The notes under the pieces are model-generated. The model made no database searches and had not been told where the DNA came from. It saw only the letters and a list, made by a program, of their open reading frames with translations. The translations under genes and the position numbers were made by a program. 42,356 bases of DNA, taken from contig WRLS01000001.1 of NCBI GenBank assembly GCA_009776345.1, forward strand, positions 1 to 42,356, in the 5' to 3' direction. This document shows positions 35,843 through 42,356 of this stretch, piece after piece. This DNA comes from Oscillospiraceae bacterium (lineage in GTDB: Bacteria; Bacillota; Clostridia; Oscillospirales; Ruminococcaceae). Position 1 is the first letter of the stretch. Each line of letters starts with the position of its first letter.

Positions 35843-38454
35843 TGAAGCTACTGGCGGTAGACGGCAACAGCATTGTAAACCGGGCATATTTTGGCATAAA
35901 ACCATTGGCGACTAAAACAGGCATACCAACGGGCGCGATCTACGGCTTTTTGAGCATACTGCTGAAAATGCAACAGGAAACAGGGCCGGAGGCGATCGTC
36001 GTCACGTTTGATATGCAGGCGCCCACATTCCGCCACGCGAAATATGACGGCTACAAAGCGCAGCGTAAAGGTATGCCGGACGATCTTGCCCGCCAGATGC
36101 CGCTGCTAAAAGAGCTGCTGGGGCATCTGGGCTACAGGCTTGCGGAGCTTGAGGGGTATGAAGCCGACGACCTGCTCGGCACGTTTTCGCGGATGTGCCG
36201 CGAAAGCGGCAGCGAATGTGTAATCGCAACCGGCGACCGCGATTCCTTCCAGCTAATCGGCGGCGGCGTGACCGTCCGCCTTGCCTCCACGCGCGGCGGT
36301 CAGCCCCAAGCCGAAATCTACGACGAAGCTGCCGTCATGGAAAAGTACGGCGTTTCTCCCGGTCAGCTGATCGACGTAAAAGCGCTGATGGGCGACAGCT
36401 CCGACAATATCCCCGGAGTTGCGGGCGTGGGCGAAAAAACCGCACTTTCGCTGGTGCAAAAATACGGCAGTTTAGATAATATATATGATAACTTAAGCAG
36501 CCCTGATATCCGCGATACACTGCGCGCAAAACTCACCGCCGGGCGGGATATGGCGTATCTGAGCAGGGAGCTTGTTGTAATCGACCAAAACGCGCCCATC
36601 CCCCTGACAGTCCCGGACTGCGGGAAAAGCCCCGCCGACAACGACAAAGCATACGCGCTTATGGCGAAGCTGGAGCTGTTTAGCCTAATGCCGAAATTCG
36701 GCGTGCGCCCTTCCGCCTTAAAAGCAGACATGGGGCAGGAAAACGGCGCGGAGCAAAGCAAAGGCTTCTTAACTCCCGGGTACGAAGTAATTTTCAACAG
36801 CCTACCCAAAAATGCGCTTGAATCGGACAATATCCTTGATGTGCTTTTTTCTTTTGAAGACGGCAAGCTTTCCGCCCTTTGCGCAAATATAGGCGGGACA
36901 CTGCATCTCTGTGATACGGGCGCGGCGGAAACAGCAAAAAAAATTCTGTCCGCGCCATGTAAAAAGCGGACAAACAGCGTGAAATCACTGCACCGCCTGG
37001 GGCTTGAAATGGGCTTTGAGGTACAGGGCGTTATTTTCGACCTTGAGATCGCCGCGTACATCCTAAACCCCACGGCGAAAGATTACGGGATCGGAAGGCT
37101 CGCGGCGGAATACGGCGTTGTTTTGCCGGAGATAAGCGCACAGCTCGGCAAATTCGGGGAGATTATCGGGCATTGCGGTATCTTCCCCGCGCTGGCGGAA
37201 AAGCTCCTGTCCCATATCATAAAAAACAGCCAGGAAAAGCTCCTGACGGAAATTGAGCTTCCGCTCGCCCGTGTGCTGGCGGATATGGAATACGCGGGGT
37301 TTGAGCTGGACACAAACGGCCTTGCCGCCTACGGCGAAAGGCTAAGCGCGGATATATCTGAATTGCAGGCGGAAATCCATGAACTTGCGGGGGAAAGCTT
37401 TAATATAAACTCACCAAAACAGCTTGGCGTGATTTTATTCGAGAAGCTGGAACTCCCCGCGGGGAAAAAGACAAAAACGGGATATTCGACCAACGCCGAT
37501 GTGCTGGATTTTCTGGCGGACAAGCACGCGATTATACCGAAAATCCTATCCTACCGCAAAGCCGCAAAGCTTAAATCCACCTATGTAGACGGTTTGCTGA
37601 AAGCTGTTGGCGCGGACGGGCGCATCCACACAAGCTTCCAGCAGACGCTCACACGCACGGGGCGCATTTCTTCCGTGGAGCCGAATATGCAAAACATCCC
37701 CATCCGCACAGAGCTTGGCAGTGAACTGCGCAGGTTTTTCCGCGCGCCGAATGGCATGGTTTTGCTGGACGCGGACTACTCGCAGATAGAGCTGCGTGTG
37801 CTTGCCCATATCGCGGAGGACGAAAATATGATCCGCGCTTTTCTGGAAGGCGCGGACATTCACACGATAACAGCTTCACAGGTTTTTGATATGCCGCCTG
37901 ATTTTGTAACGCCGCTGATGCGAAGCCGCGCAAAGGCAGTGAACTTCGGCATTGTGTATGGGATAGGCGCGTTTTCTCTTTCCGGGGATATCGGCGTGCC
38001 TGTCCACGAAGCCGACAGCTACATCAAAAGCTATCTGCAAACCTACCGCGGCGTGCGCAAATATATGGATGAAACCGTGGCGGATGCCACACAGCGCGGA
38101 TATGTGCAGACGCTTTTCGGGCGCAGAAGGTACCTGCCCGAGCTGGCTTCGTCAAATTACCAAAACCGGGAATTCGGCAAACGCGTGGCGATGAACACGC
38201 CGATTCAAGGCACAGCCGCGGATATCATAAAAATCGCGATGGTGCGGGTGTCCGCGCGTCTGCGTAGTGAAGGGCTGAAAGCCAGGCTGATCTTGCAAGT
38301 GCATGATGAGCTTATCGTGGAAAGCCCCATAGCTGAAGCCGAAAAAGCGGCCGCGCTGCTGCGGGAGGAAATGGAAGCGGCGGCAGAGCTTTGTGTGCCG
38401 ATGGTGGCGGAGGTCAGCGCGGGGAAGAACTGGCTGGAACAGGATGCGCTCTAA
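35842..38454 (+). CDS. polA: DNA polymerase I
   Basis: 5' nuclease DGNS..RAY, EADD, GDSSDNIPG; polymerase motifs TGRISS.EPN, DYSQIELR, AKAVNFGIVYG, QVHDEL. Confidence 0.98.
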   Translation: MKLLAVDGNSIVNRAYFGIKPLATKTGIPTGAIYGFLSILLKMQQETGPEAIVVTFDMQAPTFRHAKYDGYKAQRKGMPDDLARQMPLLKELLGHLGYRLAELEGYEADDLLGTFSRMCRESGSECVIATGDRDSFQLIGGGVTVRLASTRGGQPQAEIYDEAAVMEKYGVSPGQLIDVKALMGDSSDNIPGVAGVGEKTALSLVQKYGSLDNIYDNLSSPDIRDTLRAKLTAGRDMAYLSRELVVIDQNAPIPLTVPDCGKSPADNDKAYALMAKLELFSLMPKFGVRPSALKADMGQENGAEQSKGFLTPGYEVIFNSLPKNALESDNILDVLFSFEDGKLSALCANIGGTLHLCDTGAAETAKKILSAPCKKRTNSVKSLHRLGLEMGFEVQGVIFDLEIAAYILNPTAKDYGIGRLAAEYGVVLPEISAQLGKFGEIIGHCGIFPALAEKLLSHIIKNSQEKLLTEIELPLARVLADMEYAGFELDTNGLAAYGERLSADISELQAEIHELAGESFNINSPKQLGVILFEKLELPAGKKTKTGYSTNADVLDFLADKHAIIPKILSYRKAAKLKSTYVDGLLKAVGADGRIHTSFQQTLTRTGRISSVEPNMQNIPIRTELGSELRRFFRAPNGMVLLDADYSQIELRVLAHIAEDENMIRAFLEGADIHTITASQVFDMPPDFVTPLMRSRAKAVNFGIVYGIGAFSLSGDIGVPVHEADSYIKSYLQTYRGVRKYMDETVADATQRGYVQTLFGRRRYLPELASSNYQNREFGKRVAMNTPIQGTAADIIKIAMVRVSARLRSEGLKARLILQVHDELIVESPIAEAEKAAALLREEMEAAAELCVPMVAEVSAGKNWLEQDAL

Positions 38455-39089
38455 TAAGCAGATACATTTTCGGCCTTGGCATCCTGCAAAATCTTCCCGA
38501 TTAAGCCGTTCCTGTCCTCCCGCCTGCATTGCGGCGCCGTGATAATGGCGCCAAGCTCAGCGGCGCTTTCCCCGACTGTATGATTTACTATGATGTAGTC
38601 GTACTGCTTTGCCAGCGGAAGCTCCTCAGTCACGGCGATATTCAGCCGCCTTTGTATATCGTCGCGGGATTCTGTCCTGCGGCTTTCAAGGCGGGCTTTC
38701 AGTTCACTAAATGACGGCGGCGTAACAAACACAAGGACCGCGTCCGGATTGCGCAGACGGATATCCTTTGCGCCTTTCACCTCAATAACCAGGATTACGT
38801 GCCTGCCCATGCTTCGGCATTGCTCCACCGGGGCGCGTAGCGTACCGTAGTAATTGCCGTTGTAGAGCGCGTGTTCGAGGAACTCGCCCGCGTCAATCTT
38901 CGCCTCGAAATCTTCGCGGGAAAGAAAGTGGTAATCCACGCCGTCCGCCTCGCCCTCGCGCTTGGGGCGGCTGGTGGCGGAAACAGAGATCACCACGCAC
39001 GGGTCACTTTCTGCCAGTTTCCCGGCGACAGTATCTTTGCCTGCGCCGGAAGGCCCGGACAGGACTACCAGCCTGCCGCGCTTACTCAT
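38451..39089 (-). CDS. gmk: Guanylate kinase
   Basis: [26 protein letters not shown]. Confidence 0.96.
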   Translation of the reverse strand: MSKRGRLVVLSGPSGAGKDTVAGKLAESDPCVVISVSATSRPKREGEADGVDYHFLSREDFEAKIDAGEFLEHALYNGNYYGTLRAPVEQCRSMGRHVILVIEVKGAKDIRLRNPDAVLVFVTPPSFSELKARLESRRTESRDDIQRRLNIAVTEELPLAKQYDYIIVNHTVGESAAELGAIITAPQCRREDRNGLIGKILQDAKAENVSAY

Positions 39090-39348
39090 CTTCACCCTCG
39101 CTATCATTGCCGTCCAGGCCGTCCAGCCGGTTCGCTACGGTTTCGGGATGTACAGCCGACAGGATCACATGGTCTGAGTCCGTGATGATCACGGCGCGGG
39201 TACGGCGGCCATAGGTGGCGTCGATTAAGGCGCTTTTATCCCTTGCCTCTTGGATTATACGCTTGATGGGGGCGGATTCAGGGCTGACAATCGCGACCAG
39301 CCTGCTTGCCGACACCATGTTGCCGAAGCCTATATTTATCAGTTTCAC
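39082..39348 (-). CDS. remA: RemA/DUF370 regulator
   Basis: [26 protein letters not shown]...[23 protein letters not shown]; GTG start after GAGGGGG. Confidence 0.95.
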   Translation of the reverse strand: MKLINIGFGNMVSASRLVAIVSPESAPIKRIIQEARDKSALIDATYGRRTRAVIITDSDHVILSAVHPETVANRLDGLDGNDSEGEDE

Positions 39349-39388
39349 AGCAGCCCCCTCAGAACCTGTATTCAATACTCGAAACTTA

Positions 39389-39548
39389 GAACCCATCTTC
39401 AATACTCAAAGCACCGGCACATCGGCGATTTTCCGCATTGCTTCGTTAAATTTCCTTGGAATACATGGAGTATACCTGCGAAAATTTGCCTCGCACTGCA
39501 AAAAATCGCTTCAATGCGCCGGCATATCTCGTTATTGAAGATGGGTTC
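39389..39548. mobile_element. 160-bp MITE-like element with perfect 16-bp terminal inverted repeats and TTA target duplication
   Basis: GAACCCATCTTCAATA (39389-404) / TATTGAAGATGGGTTC (39533-548); TTA at 39386-88 and 39549-51; imperfectly palindromic interior. Confidence 0.8.
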
Positions 39549-40427
39549 TTACTCGATGTTTTGGATCTGTTCGCGGATTTTTTCTATCTCGCTTTTCATG
39601 TCGACCACTATCCGTGATATTTCCAGGTCCTGGCATTTAGACCCGATTGTGTTGGCTTCGCGTCCAAGCTCCTGCGCCAAAAAATCCAGCTTGCGCCCAA
39701 CAGGCCCGCTTCCGGAAAGCAACCCGCGGGACTGCCCCAGATGGCTTTTCAGGCGGACGGCTTCTTCTGTCGTGTCGGTTTTCTCGGCAAACACCGCCGC
39801 TTCGGTAAGGAGCCTTGCCTCATCTACCTGCTTGTCCTCCAATACAGCCTCCAGCTTTGCAAACAAACGGCTGCGGTATTCCTCTTTAAGCTGCGGCGCT
39901 CGCGCTTCCGCCTTTTCCGTCAGCGATTCCAGCGCGGAGATACGGGCGAGGATGTCGTTTTTCAGCTTTTCGCCCTCACTTCGGCGCATTTCGGCAAAGC
40001 CCTCAAGCGCCTTTTCTGCAACGGTACGGACAGCGCCCCACAATTCCTCTTCGTCTTCGGCAGGCTTGCGCACGATGAAGATATCGCCGAAGCGGGCAAT
40101 ATCAGTCAGCCGAATGTTGTCACTCAGCCCGAGCGCTTCCCCAAGGCCGCGGAGCGTGTCCAAATACTCCCCGGCAAGCTCACGGTTGACCGCTACCTGC
40201 GAACTTGCGCCCTCAAGCGTCACAACCGAAACATTCACATCCACCTTGCCCCTGGATATCTTGCCGTAGGCAAGCCCCTTGAGCTTTTCTTCAAGATAGC
40301 CGCAGGTTCGCGGCACACGCGCGGAAAACTCGAAAAACCGGTGGTTGACAGATTTTATCTCCACCGTTATCTCCCTGCCGCCGATCAGCTGCCAGGCGCG
40401 CCCATAACCCGTCATTGAGCTTATCAT
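39549..40427 (-). CDS. yicC: YicC/YloC family endoribonuclease
   Basis: SMTGYG, SVNHRF, RGKVD, EE..RL.SH, GRKLDFL.QE..RE.NTIGSK, EKIREQIQNIE. Confidence 0.96.
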   Translation of the reverse strand: MISSMTGYGRAWQLIGGREITVEIKSVNHRFFEFSARVPRTCGYLEEKLKGLAYGKISRGKVDVNVSVVTLEGASSQVAVNRELAGEYLDTLRGLGEALGLSDNIRLTDIARFGDIFIVRKPAEDEEELWGAVRTVAEKALEGFAEMRRSEGEKLKNDILARISALESLTEKAEARAPQLKEEYRSRLFAKLEAVLEDKQVDEARLLTEAAVFAEKTDTTEEAVRLKSHLGQSRGLLSGSGPVGRKLDFLAQELGREANTIGSKCQDLEISRIVVDMKSEIEKIREQIQNIE

Positions 40428-40462
40428 TTCCCCAAATACATCCTTTGCGGTTTAATGCTAAT

Positions 40463-40491
40463 ATGATACCACCCGACTGCCGCGATGTCAA
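40463..40491 (-). promoter_or_regulatory. Sigma-A promoter of yicC-remA-gmk
   Basis: Minus strand TTGACA-17-TATCAT with TGn. Confidence 0.7.
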
Positions 40492-40521
40492 CCTTGCCCC
40501 AATCCCAATCCCTATCCGCCC

Positions 40522-40550
40522 TTGCATATAGCGTAAAGATTGCGTATACT
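40522..40550 (+). promoter_or_regulatory. Sigma-A-like promoter of hflX
   Basis: TTGCAT-17-TATACT. Confidence 0.55.
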
Positions 40551-40598
40551 ATTCTTTATCCTCATTCATTTGCTTAAACATAGAAAAGGAAACAGCTT

Positions 40599-42356
40599 AT
40601 GCGGGAAATTCACGGGAACACAATCGGCATCCGCCGTTCATACATCGAACGGCTGGAAAGCATTTATGACGTTGAAATTGAGCGCAAGGAATTCTGCACC
40701 GTACCGCTGCTCAATTTGCTTGCAGCCTTTACCGGCAATACCGGGCGCGAGGCAATGGCGTATGTTGACCGAACGGGGCATGTGCTTTGCGTCGCCGTCG
40801 GTGAGCGCGACCGCGTAGAGCTGCCGTTCCTGCGCATACGCCGCTCTCCCGGCAGGCTCGCCGGCATCCGCTGCATCCATACGCATCCCGGCGGAAACGG
40901 GGCGCTTTCCGATGTTGACATTCAGTCCCTCAAAAGCATCCGCCTTGACGCAATGGCGGCGGTGGGCGTTTCGGGGGGCAGGCCGGTTTGGATGCAGGTC
41001 GGGATATTGGATCAAAGCGGCGAAGATTCGGAAGAAGGCGACGGCCTTACCGTAAACTTACACGGCCCGTACAGGATAAGCGGGATCCCGCATGAAACTT
41101 TGCTTGCGGAAATACGCCTGGCGGATGTCCGTATACGGCCTGACAAATCAAAAAAAGCGGACGCGGAAATCGCCCGCGCGATTTTAGCGGGGATTGACAA
41201 TAAACAAACCGGAACCCAGCCCCTCAGCGAGCTTTTACAGCTTGCAAACACCGCCGGGTTTATAACCGTTGGCTCTATGGTTCAGCCCCGCGACCGGCCC
41301 GACAGAAGCTATTATCTCGGCTACGGGAAGCTGCGCGATTTAACGCTAGAGATCGGGGCACTACGCGCGGACGCGGTTATCTTCGACGATGAGCTTTCCC
41401 CCGCGCAGATACGCAATATCCAAAAAGAATTCGGCGAAAGTATTGAGATTATCGACCGTACAGCGCTTATCCTTGATATTTTTTCCGGGCGCGCCGCAAC
41501 GCACGAAGGGCGCTTGCAGGTTGAGCTTGCGCAGGCAAAATATATGCTCCCGAGGATGGCGGGCTACTGGAAGCACCTGTCGCGGATGGGCGGCGGTGGC
41601 GGCGGCGGGGCGGGCGCTCGGCGCGGCGAAGGCGAAACCCAATTAGAGGTTGACAGACGGATCCTGCGCAGGCGGCTTGTTGAGCTGGAAAAAGAAATCG
41701 ACAACATAAAATCCCGCAGGGATGTACAGCGCGCCCACCGCGAGCGCTCCGGCATCCCGGTCGCCGCGCTTGTCGGATATACAAACGCGGGGAAATCGTC
41801 GCTTTTAAACAGCCTATCCGGCAGCGATGTTTTAGCTGAGGACAAGCTGTTCGCCACCCTTGACCCTGTATCCCGCCGTGTGAATTTCGGCGGCGGGGAC
41901 CTGCTGCTGGTAGACACCGTCGGCTTTATCAACAAGCTTTCCCATGACCTTGTGGACGCCTTCCGCGCCACGCTTGAGGAAACAAAATACGCCGACCTGC
42001 TCATCCATGTGGTGGACGCGTCCTCGGATGACAGCGCTCGGCAAATGGAAGTTGTCAAAAGTGTGCTGGGCGAGCTGGGCGTGTGGGGCAAGCCAATCCT
42101 GACAGTCTACAATAAATGTGATATCGCGGGCGATTTTATCCCGGGGACAGACAGCGTGCGCGTTTCCGCCATAACCGGGATGGGCATGGAAAATTTAAAA
42201 GCCGCGGTTGTAAAAAGCCTCGCCGCGGCGCGTGTTGAAATATCGGTAATCCTGCCGCTTGACAGCGGTGCGCTGGTGTCGCGCATTTATGCAACCGGGC
42301 AAGTCAGCCGGTGCAGCTACGAGGAGGACGGCATACACATCACCGCGCTGGTTTCG
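40599..42356 (+). CDS. hflX: GTPase HflX, long form with N-terminal extension; runs off the right edge
   Basis: Manual translation: MREIHGNTIGIRR..., IHTHPGG, GEGETQLEVDRR, G1 VGYTNAGKS (same frame), LFATLD, DTVGF, YNKCD; absent from the ORF track because there is no stop in the window. Confidence 0.93.
   Translation, partial: MREIHGNTIGIRRSYIERLESIYDVEIERKEFCTVPLLNLLAAFTGNTGREAMAYVDRTGHVLCVAVGERDRVELPFLRIRRSPGRLAGIRCIHTHPGGNGALSDVDIQSLKSIRLDAMAAVGVSGGRPVWMQVGILDQSGEDSEEGDGLTVNLHGPYRISGIPHETLLAEIRLADVRIRPDKSKKADAEIARAILAGIDNKQTGTQPLSELLQLANTAGFITVGSMVQPRDRPDRSYYLGYGKLRDLTLEIGALRADAVIFDDELSPAQIRNIQKEFGESIEIIDRTALILDIFSGRAATHEGRLQVELAQAKYMLPRMAGYWKHLSRMGGGGGGGAGARRGEGETQLEVDRRILRRRLVELEKEIDNIKSRRDVQRAHRERSGIPVAALVGYTNAGKSSLLNSLSGSDVLAEDKLFATLDPVSRRVNFGGGDLLLVDTVGFINKLSHDLVDAFRATLEETKYADLLIHVVDASSDDSARQMEVVKSVLGELGVWGKPILTVYNKCDIAGDFIPGTDSVRVSAITGMGMENLKAAVVKSLAAARVEISVILPLDSGALVSRIYATGQVSRCSYEEDGIHITALVS

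Noticed and set aside
39250-40269. 339-aa plus-strand ORF
   Set aside because: Antisense shadow of yicC and remA that crosses the MITE; no motif
40498-40515. Short tandem CCCAAT-CCCAAT-CCCTAT between divergent promoters
   Set aside because: Too short to distinguish from chance
1-42356. CRISPR array, rRNA or transposase
   Set aside because: No regularly spaced repeats, rRNA-like sequence or transposase ORF seen by eye

Overview
Bacterial chromosomal window, most likely from a Firmicute (Clostridia-like: yicC-remA-gmk order, long-form hflX, strong Shine-Dalgarno and sigma-A signals). Bases 1-17956 hold a one-strand extracellular contractile injection system (eCIS; Afp/PVC/Streptomyces-CIS type) cut by the left edge. 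It encodes a sheath, two tube proteins, a tail-assembly chaperone joined to a small DUF6760-like ORF by a candidate -1 frameshift, a 726-aa low-complexity protein, a LysM tube initiator, hub, spike, gp25, two baseplate-J proteins, a tail-I protein, a DUF4157 protein with an unrecognised C-terminal region, and an AAA+ ATPase. No PAAR or tail-fibre gene is visible. Next come a convergent ABC-ABC-MFS exporter operon, serS, and a putative catabolic cluster (enolase-superfamily enzyme, cupin, ALDH, RraA aldolase, DUF296). That cluster is interrupted by an apparent island remnant: an attenuator-like leader, an rsgA paralogue, a phosphotransferase, and a gene truncated at a tRNA-Gly-like att fragment. 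The rest holds a hemerythrin-PilZ fusion, dusB, an unannotated type I toxin-antitoxin-like locus, a GNAT, polA, gmk, remA, yicC and a partial hflX. Two palindromic MITE-like elements each duplicate a TAA stop codon. All family calls come from motif recognition by eye; no database searches were run.
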